Origin: an uncultured Acidobacteriota bacterium
Lineage (GTDB): Bacteria; Acidobacteriota; Thermoanaerobaculia; UBA5066
Reading direction: 5' to 3'
Assembly (NCBI GenBank): GCA_963779415.1
Contig: CAVZYA010000001.1
Coordinates: forward strand, 1,312,001 to 1,376,000
Length of the DNA: 64,000 nt
This document shows, piece by piece, positions 49,813 to 57,786 of the stretch. Both the position numbers and the translations under genes were made by a program. Below the pieces are notes generated by a model, which was given only the letters and a program-made list of their open reading frames with translations, did not search any database and had not been told where the DNA came from. The stretch's first letter is position 1; the number at the start of each line of letters is the position of its first letter.

Positions 49813-49873
49813 GTCTAACCCCGCGCTGCTGCGGACCCGCTTGCGCTCGCCGCTGAACGCGATATCGTCGGGC
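49813..49873 (+). other. attC site 3
   Basis: GTCTAAC-cccgc-gctgctgcggac...cgccgctgaacgcgatatc-GTCGGGC. Confidence 0.9.
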
Positions 49874-49904
49874 AACCGAAGGTCGAACGAGATGGAGGTA
49901 CCTC

Positions 49905-50345
49905 ATGGGATCGATTACGCCTCCTCCACCGCCTATTCCTGCCCGCGGCGTGGCGCCCGCATCGGCGCTCGCCTCCGCACCTTCTCGCGCGCGACAGGCG
50001 GCACGCGCCTCGTGATGGCTCCGCTCATACGACATCATCTTCAACTACACCATCAAGAACCTGGCCTTGGCGCTTACGGCCGCGGGCTGTCATTGCATCG
50101 TCAGTCTGATCCTCTATCTGGCCGGCCTAGTCCTCGCCGTCTACGCGCTCTCGCAGGTGCGGTCGGCTGGGCGCAAGGGGATTTTGGCGCCTGCAATCGT
50201 CGGGCTCGTTCTGAATGGCCTATTCCTCCTGCTTGTCGGTGGCGTGGCCGTATCCAGCTATCTCGACGCCAGAGCTCGGGCGTCTCAGCGTGAGTCGCTC
50301 GACCGGCCCCTTTCAGCCTCTTCCTTACATGCTGCCGTTGTCTGA
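49905..50345 (+). pseudogene. Disrupted Pro-rich/TM (DUF4190-like) cassette gene
   Basis: GGAGGT RBS, MGSITPPPPP..., in-frame TGA at 50013, TM segments downstream. Confidence 0.6.
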
Positions 50346-50399
50346 CCCCGCGTTGCGGCGGACTCGCTCCGCTCGTCGCGGAACGCGATATCGTTACGT
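50340..50399 (+). other. attC site 4
   Basis: GTCTGAC-cccgc-gttgcggcggactcgctccgctc...aacgcgatatc-GTTACGT. Confidence 0.85.
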
Positions 50400-50423
50400 G
50401 GAACGTCGCCATAGCCGCGTATC

Positions 50424-50685
50424 TGGAAACGTACAGCCTGTTGGTCCTAACCGCGGTGATCGCATCGCGGTGATGATTTGGCAGTGCAGCCGAATCAACT
50501 CCATTCTTGAATCCTGGGCGAAGGCGAACAATATCGAGATTATGTCTCGTAGTCTCGGGCTCTTTAGACCTTGGCCCGTTCTTCTTCACCCTCGGACACA
50601 GGTGGTACATTTCCTGACGGTGCTTGCCGCCGGCATCGAACGAGCCGCAGGGGGAAGGGCGGAGGGTCTCGACGGCACACAGTAG
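50424..50685 (+). pseudogene. Degraded small cassette gene
   Basis: Fragments in different frames (YSLLVLTAVI / SILESWAKANNIEI) between attC4 and attC5. Confidence 0.45.
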
Positions 50686-50752
50686 CGACACCGTCGAGAC
50701 AAGATGGGAGCCATGAGAGCACCTCGAAGCTCCTTTCGCGGGGTCCGGTGCC

Positions 50753-50812
50753 ATCTAACCCTGTGTTGCAGCTGGCTCGCCCCACTCGCCGCTGAACGCG
50801 ATATCGTCAGGC
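50753..50812 (+). other. attC site 5
   Basis: ATCTAAC-cctgt-gttgcagctgg...cgccgctgaacgcgatatc-GTCAGGC. Confidence 0.88.
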
Positions 50813-50822
50813 GGATGCACCA

Positions 50823-51638
50823 ATGTTGAGGCTCGACCGAGCCGGCATCCTCGTGTCTGCGGCATGCTTTGTCGCTATCCTCGTTGGCTATCTGTGTCAA
50901 GTCCTCTTGGAGCGGCCGTACGAGGGGCTCGCGTTGGAATTGCCCCTGGCCCTCCTTCCGGTCGTCGGCGCGATCTCCCAGCGCAGGAAATGGGCCTTAT
51001 GGTTACTGGCTCGCTCTCCGGGGATCGCACTAACTCTCCTCGGCCCTGCCCTCGCGCTCTTCACACCCGTTCATTCGGTGAACCCCATATTTCAGGTCGC
51101 TCTCTGCACCCTCTTATTTGGCGTTGGAGCCATCCTGCTTACGCCACCACTCCTGAAGCGTCCCCGATACATCCTGGCGGGGGCGGTTCTTCTTTCACAG
51201 GTGGTCCTTCAGACCGGCGCCGTACGCGCAGCCTATACCGGCTACCTTGACACTACTCTTATCGTTCGCAACGCTTCGGCGGAGCCCCTCCTCGACCTAT
51301 CGCTCTCCGGAGCAGGGTTTTCCGCCTCGTGGCCAGTTCTTCTGCCAGGCCAGGCCGTACGCAAGTCAATTCATGTCACCACCCAGCAGAACCTCACCGT
51401 TCAGTTTCACACCGCTCATCGGTCACGTCACGTGCCCACGGCCGCGATCTTTGAACGCCGCGACGTAATCTCCTTGACCATCAAACCAGACCTCCTCCTC
51501 GACGCGACGGTTTATCCCGGAACCATAGTCCCGCCGCGGCGGTCTTCGACTCTCTGCCCGAGGGTGGAGCCTGGCGTGAGCCCCGTTGCGGCGGACCGGC
51601 AGTTACCCGATGAAAGGGGACACTCGGGCCTAACCTGA
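50823..51638 (+). CDS. Hypothetical multi-TM protein with C-terminal beta domain (cassette)
   Basis: ATG 10 nt after attC5; about 5 hydrophobic segments; 3' end runs into attC remnants. Confidence 0.65.
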   Translation: MLRLDRAGILVSAACFVAILVGYLCQVLLERPYEGLALELPLALLPVVGAISQRRKWALWLLARSPGIALTLLGPALALFTPVHSVNPIFQVALCTLLFGVGAILLTPPLLKRPRYILAGAVLLSQVVLQTGAVRAAYTGYLDTTLIVRNASAEPLLDLSLSGAGFSASWPVLLPGQAVRKSIHVTTQQNLTVQFHTAHRSRHVPTAAIFERRDVISLTIKPDLLLDATVYPGTIVPPRRSSTLCPRVEPGVSPVAADRQLPDERGHSGLT

Positions 51639-51719
51639 GGGGGGATGGCCAGATTCAAGAGTTCCAGAAAGGCCCATGGGCACGGCGCGGCGTTCAAGCT
51701 GAAGGCGGTATGGTCAGGT
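51575..51719 (+). other. Split/degenerate attC remnants
   Basis: Left half cccc-gttgcggcggacc at about 51581; right half gctgaaggcggtatg-GTCAGGT at 51698-51719. Confidence 0.6.
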
Positions 51720-51779
51720 GGCGGCCAAGGCCGGTCGAGTGTGCCGGACACCCCGGCTCAATGGAAGAGGAGGTCTCCT

Positions 51780-52061
51780 GTGTCCGAAAGATTTCTTATC
51801 GAGGTTCCGCACGAAGCGACCGTGGCGGCGTGTGTTCAGGCGATCGAAGTCTTCCTCCAGGCCGGGTCTCATTTCCTGACCCATGCGGACTGGGGATGCA
51901 AGGACGGGGAGCACAAGGCATGGATCATCCTGGAGGTCGATAGCAAGGACGAGGCTCGATGCATCGTGCCACCTGCTTTTCGGTCGAAGGCGAAAATCGT
52001 ACAGCTCAACGCGTTCACGATGAAAGACATCGAGGGCACCTCTCACCGGCAAGAGCCCTAG
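51780..52061 (+). CDS. Small hypothetical protein (cassette)
   Basis: GAGGAGG RBS then GTG; FLIEVPH...C, WGC.DG.H.AW. Confidence 0.75.
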   Translation: MSERFLIEVPHEATVAACVQAIEVFLQAGSHFLTHADWGCKDGEHKAWIILEVDSKDEARCIVPPAFRSKAKIVQLNAFTMKDIEGTSHRQEP

Positions 52062-52097
52062 GTGCGCGCACGTCGCCGATACCCGGGGCCGACGTCC

Positions 52098-52153
52098 GCG
52101 AAACATTCGAGCGGACGCGCCACGCTCGCCGCTGAGACGCGGTATCATCAGGC
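52098..52153 (+). other. attC site, degenerate
   Basis: gagcggacgcgccacgctcgccgctgagacgcggtatc-ATCAGGC. Confidence 0.7.
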
Positions 52154-52184
52154 TCCTCAACCGTCATATCCGAAAGGAGCCGCA

Positions 52185-52607
52185 ATGGCGGAGAACAAGA
52201 CGAAGGCTACGAAAGCGAGCGTGGAGGGCTACCTCTCCCGCATCGAGGACGAGGCCAGGCGCAAAGACTGTGGAGCTTTGGCCAGGCTGATGACCAAGGC
52301 GACGAAACAGCGGCCGAAAATGTGGGGAACGAGCATCGTCGGGTTCGGCAGCTATCACTACAAGTACGAAAGCGGCCGCGAAGGCGACTCGTGCTTGACG
52401 GGCTTCTCCTCTCGGAAGGGCGCCATCAGCGTCTACCTCCTGGCGAGCTTCCCCGGACACGACGAACTCCTCGCCAGGCTCGGAAAGTACAAGATGGCGA
52501 AGGCCTGCCTCTACATCCACAAACTCAGCGACGTCGACCTCAAGACCCTGGAAGCGCTCGTCGCCGGTTCCGTCAAAGAAGTGAAGCGTCGCCATGGCGA
52601 AGGCTAA
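52185..52607 (+). CDS. DUF1801 (YdhG-like) protein
   Basis: MAENKT, MWG.SIVGFG.YHY.Y.SGREGD, LGK.K..K.CLY. Confidence 0.9.
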   Translation: MAENKTKATKASVEGYLSRIEDEARRKDCGALARLMTKATKQRPKMWGTSIVGFGSYHYKYESGREGDSCLTGFSSRKGAISVYLLASFPGHDELLARLGKYKMAKACLYIHKLSDVDLKTLEALVAGSVKEVKRRHGEG

Positions 52608-52618
52608 AGGAGATACAG

Positions 52619-53053
52619 ATGACGGATTCCTCGGTAATCAAAGTCGGTCAGCTCTCGATTCGGTATCTGTTGGACGGGGCGCGCACCGGTACGATGGGAA
52701 TGTTCGAGTTGTCCGTTCCGCCCGGATCAAACGTGCCTCCGCCTCATAGTCACTCCAACAACGAAGAATGTGTCTACGTCCTGGAGGGAATCTTGAGGTA
52801 CTCCGTAGGAGACGTGACGCGCGATCTCGGTCCCGGCGGGTCGATGTTCACGCCCAAAGGCACCGTCCACCAGTTCTCCAATCCGTTCTCCACGCCCGCC
52901 CGCGCCTTGATCGTCCTCTCCCCGGATATCGGGGCACAGTACTTCCTGGATGTCGGGAGTGTCGTCAACGCCGGGGCGCCGCCCGACAAGGCGGCTCTGA
53001 TCTCCGTGATGGCTCGTTATGGCCTGGTTCCGGCTCCCCCCAAAGGTATTTGA
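52619..53053 (+). CDS. Cupin-domain protein
   Basis: PPPHSH...EE..YVLEG, P.GTVH.F.N. Confidence 0.88.
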   Translation: MTDSSVIKVGQLSIRYLLDGARTGTMGMFELSVPPGSNVPPPHSHSNNEECVYVLEGILRYSVGDVTRDLGPGGSMFTPKGTVHQFSNPFSTPARALIVLSPDIGAQYFLDVGSVVNAGAPPDKAALISVMARYGLVPAPPKGI

Positions 53054-53124
53054 CCCGCGAATACACCAAACCGCCTTCGGCGGCCGGTGATCAGCAACGT
53101 GACAACCTCTCGGAAGGAGGCGAC

Positions 53125-53481
53125 GTGACTGTTCGGGAACTTCTGCGTTGGCAGTGGAGCGGCTATCCGAAGTATCACCGTTCCCGGGTGAACCTGCTCG
53201 TTCACATCGTCGCCGTGCCGCTTTTTCTCGCCGGCAACCTTGGACTTCTGGCCTCGCTCTTCGAGGGCTCCGCCGTCACGGGAGCCGTTTCGCTCGGCGT
53301 CATGGTGGTTTCTCTCGCCCTGCAGGGGCGTGGCCACCGCCGGGAAGAGGCTCCACCCGAGCCGTTCACCACCCCGATCAACGCGGTCTCGCGCATCTTT
53401 CTCGAGCAGTGGGTCACCTTTCCACGGTTCGTCGTCTCCGGAGGGTGGCTCCGTGCGCTGCGCCATCTCCCGCAGCCCTGA
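53125..53481 (+). CDS. DUF962/Mpo1-like small membrane protein
   Basis: Y..YH....N..H...VP, Q..GH..E. Confidence 0.75.
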   Translation: MTVRELLRWQWSGYPKYHRSRVNLLVHIVAVPLFLAGNLGLLASLFEGSAVTGAVSLGVMVVSLALQGRGHRREEAPPEPFTTPINAVSRIFLEQWVTFPRFVVSGGWLRALRHLPQP

Positions 53482-53626
53482 TCACGCGTTGCTTCCCCCA
53501 CCATGAGAACTGCTTCGCGACGAGGACTGAGCCGGACCGGTCTCCGCAACGTCCCGGAACCAGTTTCTCGGAATCTCATATCTGAGAGTAGGCGGGAGCA
53601 TCCAGAGAAACAGATAGGGGGAGACC

Positions 53627-53881
53627 ATGCGGCTTCGGAGTCTTGCGGCTTTGATTGCGGGCGCTCTGGCGGTGGCCGTCTCATCTGTTCACCCGGTGGA
53701 CGCCGAGCCGATGCCGGCGAGCGCCTTCATCCAGGATCTGACGTGGCTGCGCGACGTCTGGGCGGCGAAGGAGAAGAGTTTCTCGCCGGAGACCTTGGCG
53801 CGGAGCGCCGGCCTCCGCCGCTCGACCTTCTGCGACGTCTCACGCGATCCGCAGCTAAGATCTACGAGAGGTGCCGAATGA
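53627..53881 (+). pseudogene. Probably truncated secreted-protein gene
   Basis: RBS, signal peptide, about 30 plausible residues, then low-quality tail. Confidence 0.4.
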
Positions 53882-54369
53882 TGACGCGCAAAATCACGCG
53901 GTTTTTCGCGTGCGCTCTGCTGACGCTGGTGGTTTCGCCGCCCGATTTCGCCACCGCACAATCAGCCTCCTGGCAGCGTAACTGGAAGGACTTCGTCAAG
54001 GCGTTCAACACATGCATCACCCAGAAGTCGTGCGACCCCGCATCCCATTTCTACGGCAAGGTCGTGATCTGGGAGGGAACGGTCGAGAAGTCGGGGGACG
54101 TCGTCACTATCGACATGGGTCCACTTCGTCTGAAAGACCGAAAGGGAGTGGCCAGCGATTCCGTGACCGCCCTTCTCTTCCCGGTCAAGGGGAAAGGCAG
54201 CAGCTGGAGCCGAGCCACCCCCGGGAGCACGATCGCGTTCAAGGGAATGCTGCCAGCGAAGGGTTCGGAGTTGGCGGCCGTGGAGCTGAATTCCATGGGC
54301 AGCAAGAAGTTCGCGTTCGTGCAGCTCGTGGATGCCGAGCTCCTGACACGGCCGGTCCCAGCCAGGTAA
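53878..54369 (+). CDS. Secreted hypothetical protein (possible OB-fold)
   Basis: Signal peptide; GKVV.WEGTV and G..I.F.G.L pattern. Confidence 0.65.
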   Translation: MMTRKITRFFACALLTLVVSPPDFATAQSASWQRNWKDFVKAFNTCITQKSCDPASHFYGKVVIWEGTVEKSGDVVTIDMGPLRLKDRKGVASDSVTALLFPVKGKGSSWSRATPGSTIAFKGMLPAKGSELAAVELNSMGSKKFAFVQLVDAELLTRPVPAR

Positions 54370-54400
54370 TGCCACTGCAGGGTGCGACACATTCGGCTTC

Positions 54401-54418
54401 GTCTAACACGAGATGAAG
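54401..54418 (+). other. Left half of an attC (remnant)
   Basis: GTCTAAC-acgag-atgaag with no right half. Confidence 0.5.
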
Positions 54419-54428
54419 GGAAACGCGC

Positions 54429-55049
54429 ATGAGACACCTCTCCGAGAGTCTTCTTCTGATCCTCCCCCTCCTTCTTGGGGCGGTGGATCCCGCGAACGCT
54501 CCGAAGAACCGTGATCTCGTACTTGGCTTCGCGGATTGCGAGCCGGCCATCTTCACCATGCTGACCGCTCCTGTCACGGTTCGATTGACGAACATCACGT
54601 ATGCGCCGACCAGCCGTCTGGCTGGCTTCAAACAGGAAGTCGTCGGCGCTGCCGGTCAAGCCCAGGCGGTGACGGTCAGAATCGACGGCGAAAAGTGGAA
54701 CGGGCGGTGCGAAAGCCTCCTGTACGCGGCGGAACTCGCGGGCGGCCGGAAAAGCAGTCCCAGTTACCCGTCCTGGTCGGGAAAAGATGCCGAAGGCATG
54801 ATCGCCTTCAGTCCGGTGGAGCCGGGTGGCGTCGTCCTTGGTGGCAGCGGCACCCTCGAGGGGGGCGTGGAAACCCGGTTCAAGTATGACGAGTCAGGCC
54901 GCCGTCTTCTCGACACACAGTCCTTCGTGCTCCGCGGAACGTCGTATGTGATCAAGTACTCCGACTACCAGTACGGCGTCGTGCAAGTAGGACAGCACAA
55001 GATCAAGAAACTTCGCGGATACACGGCGTCACTAACCGTCAAACGCTGA
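54429..55049 (+). CDS. Secreted hypothetical protein
   Basis: Signal peptide; beta-rich. Confidence 0.65.
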   Translation: MRHLSESLLLILPLLLGAVDPANAPKNRDLVLGFADCEPAIFTMLTAPVTVRLTNITYAPTSRLAGFKQEVVGAAGQAQAVTVRIDGEKWNGRCESLLYAAELAGGRKSSPSYPSWSGKDAEGMIAFSPVEPGGVVLGGSGTLEGGVETRFKYDESGRRLLDTQSFVLRGTSYVIKYSDYQYGVVQVGQHKIKKLRGYTASLTVKR

Positions 55050-55083
55050 ATCAACTCCCCGTTCCGGTATAGGCTCCCGCGCC

Positions 55084-56127
55084 GTGAGAGCGAACTTCGG
55101 CCGTCCCCTCGCGGGGACTCGGATCGTCGACGCGACGTCGCTCCTGCCGGGCGGCTTCGCGACGCGCCTTCTGGCCGACCTCGGCGCCGAGGTCGTGAAG
55201 GTGGAGCCGCCGGGGGGCGAGTCGGGACGCCGCTTTCCGCCGCTCGACGGCGGCCTCAGCGTCTACTACCGCCTGACGGCGGCCGGAAAGAAGGTGCGCT
55301 TCCTCGACCTGAAGACGCCGAAGGGACAGGCCGCGCTGGAAGCTCTTCTTTCGCGCGCCGACGTCCTGATCCACTCGCTCCGGAGCGGCGCCGCCGCGAG
55401 GCTCTCGCTTTCGCAGGCCGACGTGGCCGCCCGCCATCCCCGCCTCGTCCAGGTGCGGATCGCGGGCTTTCGTCGTTCGGAGAAGGCCGCTCACGACCTG
55501 AACTTCCTCGCGGCGTCGGGCCTCCTCGACCTGAACCGTGACGCGCGCGGCCGGCCGGTGATCCCCGGGTTCCAGATCCCGGACGTTGCCGGCGGGGGGT
55601 GGCCCGCCGTGGCGGCCATCCTCACGGGGCTCCTCGAGCGGGAGCGGACGGGGCGGGCGCCCGCGACGACGGTCTCGGTTCACGAGGGGAGCCTCGCGCT
55701 CCTCTCGTTCGGCGCCGCGGAGTACCTCGCGACGGGCCGGGTGGTGAGCGACGGCGCCCTCGTGACGCACGAACTCCATCCCTGCTACGGCCTCTACCCG
55801 ACGAAGGACGGTCGCCTCCTCGCCGTCGCCTGCATCGAGTCGAAATTCTGGACGGGCTTCTGCGAAGCCGTCGGCCTTCCGGACCTCGTTCCGCTCCAAT
55901 ACGCCTCGGGCGCGGCGGGGCGAAAGGCACGGCGGCGCCTCTCGGCGGCGACGCGGCGGAGGACTTTCGCCGAATGGGCCCGGTTCCTCTCGGCGCTCGA
56001 CGTCTGCGTGACGCCCGTGGCGACGCTCGCCGAGGCCGTGAACGCGGAGCGCCGAGCCGAGAAGGGGCGCGGCGTCTTCCGCCGCGGCAGGGACGGAAGG
56101 TACGGGATCGTCCCGAGGATCCGCTGA
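55084..56127 (+). CDS. CaiB/BaiF family CoA transferase
   Basis: PLAG.R..D, LADLGAEV.KVE.P, HD.N. Confidence 0.9.
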   Translation: MRANFGRPLAGTRIVDATSLLPGGFATRLLADLGAEVVKVEPPGGESGRRFPPLDGGLSVYYRLTAAGKKVRFLDLKTPKGQAALEALLSRADVLIHSLRSGAAARLSLSQADVAARHPRLVQVRIAGFRRSEKAAHDLNFLAASGLLDLNRDARGRPVIPGFQIPDVAGGGWPAVAAILTGLLERERTGRAPATTVSVHEGSLALLSFGAAEYLATGRVVSDGALVTHELHPCYGLYPTKDGRLLAVACIESKFWTGFCEAVGLPDLVPLQYASGAAGRKARRRLSAATRRRTFAEWARFLSALDVCVTPVATLAEAVNAERRAEKGRGVFRRGRDGRYGIVPRIR

Positions 56128-56162
56128 ATGAACCCCCACGAAGCCCGCGGAAGGGAGCCTGA

Positions 56163-57782
56163 ATGCGCGGACGGATGCAGCACGACCCGCTGATCGTCAA
56201 CCGGATCTTCGAACGGGCCGTGACGCTCTTCCCGCAGCAGGAGATCGTCACCTGGACGAAGGAGGGCCTCCACCGCGAGACGTTCGCCGCGTTCGGAGAG
56301 CGGGTCGGGCGCCTCGCGTCCGCGCTCGCGGCGCTCGGCGTGGAGCCGGGGGACCGCGTCGCCACCTTCGCCTTCAACGCGTTCCGCCACCAGGAGCTCT
56401 ACTTCGCCGTGCCGTGCATGGGGGCCGTCCTCCACACGCTGAACATCCGGCTCCACGCCGATCAGATCGTCTGGATCGCGAACCACGCCGAGGACCGCGT
56501 CCTCTTCGTCGACGCGCCGCTCCTTCCGGTGCTGGCCCCGCTCGTGCCGCGCCTCGCGTCGGTGGAGGTCGTCGTCGTGATGGGAGAGGCCGACCGGAGC
56601 GCGCTCCCCACGAGCCGCGACTACGAGGAGCTCCTCGCGAAGGCCGCCCCGGACTTCCCGTGGCCCGAGCCCGACGAGGACGACGCGGCCGCGATGTGCT
56701 ACACGAGCGGCACGACGGGCCACCCGAAGGGGGTCGTCTATTCGCACCGGTCGACGGTGCTGCACGCGACGATGATGAATCTCGCGAGCACCGTAGGCCT
56801 GACGGACCGGGACGCCATCCTCCCGGTCGTCCCGATGTTCCATGCGAATGCGTGGGGGATCCCGTACGCCGCGCCGATGGCGGGCGCCAAGCTCGTCCTC
56901 GCCGGCGCCGCCAGCGCCGACCCTTCGGCCCTCGTCGGACTGATCCGGGGAGAGCGGGTGACGGTGACGGCCGGCGTCCCGAGCGTCTGGACCGCGCTTC
57001 TCCACCACCTCGAAGGGACACCGAGCGATCTGAAGTCCCTCCGGCTCGTCACCGTCGGCGGCGCCGCGACCTCCGTCTCGATGATCGAGCGGTTCAAGAG
57101 CCTCGCGGGCGTCGACGCCGTCCAGGGGTGGGGCATGACCGAGACCGGGCCGGTCGCTTCGCTCTCCTTCCCGACGGCCGGAATGGAGGCGCTTCCCGAG
57201 CCCGAGCGGGTCCGGGCGCGGGCCCGGCAGGGGCGGGTCGTGCCGGGTGTCCGGTTCCGGGTGGTCTCCCCCGACGGCCGCATCGCCCCGTGGGACGACC
57301 GGACGAAGGGAGAGCTCGAGGTCAAGGGAAACTGGGTCGCCGACTCGTACTACAACGATGAAAAGTCGTCGGAGCGGTTCGACGACGGCTGGCTTCGAAC
57401 CGGGGACATCGCCGTCGTCGACCTCCACGGGTCGATCCGGATCGTCGATCGCGCGAAGGACCTCGTGAAATCCGGGGGGGAGTGGATCTCGAGCGTCGAC
57501 CTCGAGCTGGAGCTGATGGGACATCCTTCCGTTCTCGAGGCGGCGGTGATCGGCGTACCCGACGAGAAGTGGGACGAGCGTCCGCTCGCCTGCGTCGTCG
57601 TGAAGCCGGGGAAGAGCGCGACGCCGGACGAGCTGCGGGCATTTCTGGCCCCGAGGGTGCCGAAATGGTGGTTGCCCGAAGAGATCGTCTTCCTGGCGGA
57701 GCTGCCGAAGACGAGCGTCGGCAAGCTCGACAAGAAGGTGCTGCGGCAGCGGTTCCGGGTGAAGCCGCCGCAGGAGGCGTGA
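56163..57782 (+). CDS. Fatty-acyl-CoA ligase (AlkK-like)
   Basis: YTSGTTGHPKG, WGMTET, RTGD, DR.KD..KSGGEWISS, KTSVGK. Confidence 0.95.
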   Translation: MRGRMQHDPLIVNRIFERAVTLFPQQEIVTWTKEGLHRETFAAFGERVGRLASALAALGVEPGDRVATFAFNAFRHQELYFAVPCMGAVLHTLNIRLHADQIVWIANHAEDRVLFVDAPLLPVLAPLVPRLASVEVVVVMGEADRSALPTSRDYEELLAKAAPDFPWPEPDEDDAAAMCYTSGTTGHPKGVVYSHRSTVLHATMMNLASTVGLTDRDAILPVVPMFHANAWGIPYAAPMAGAKLVLAGAASADPSALVGLIRGERVTVTAGVPSVWTALLHHLEGTPSDLKSLRLVTVGGAATSVSMIERFKSLAGVDAVQGWGMTETGPVASLSFPTAGMEALPEPERVRARARQGRVVPGVRFRVVSPDGRIAPWDDRTKGELEVKGNWVADSYYNDEKSSERFDDGWLRTGDIAVVDLHGSIRIVDRAKDLVKSGGEWISSVDLELELMGHPSVLEAAVIGVPDEKWDERPLACVVVKPGKSATPDELRAFLAPRVPKWWLPEEIVFLAELPKTSVGKLDKKVLRQRFRVKPPQEA

Positions 57783-57786
57783 CCCG

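Larger units (their letters stand above)
47498..55049 (+). mobile_element. Integron gene-cassette array without integrase (CALIN)
   Basis: Visibly lower GC; short co-oriented ORFs separated by related attC hairpins ending (C)GCTGAACGCGATATC-GTYRRRY. Confidence 0.85.

Noticed and set aside
50013-50015. In-frame TGA as selenocysteine or recoding
   Set aside because: No redox motif or evident SECIS; neighbouring cassette genes are also damaged, so mutation or error is simpler.
47980-52153. Spaced repeats as a CRISPR array
   Set aside because: Repeats are imperfect hairpins separated by whole genes; no cas genes; attC fits better.
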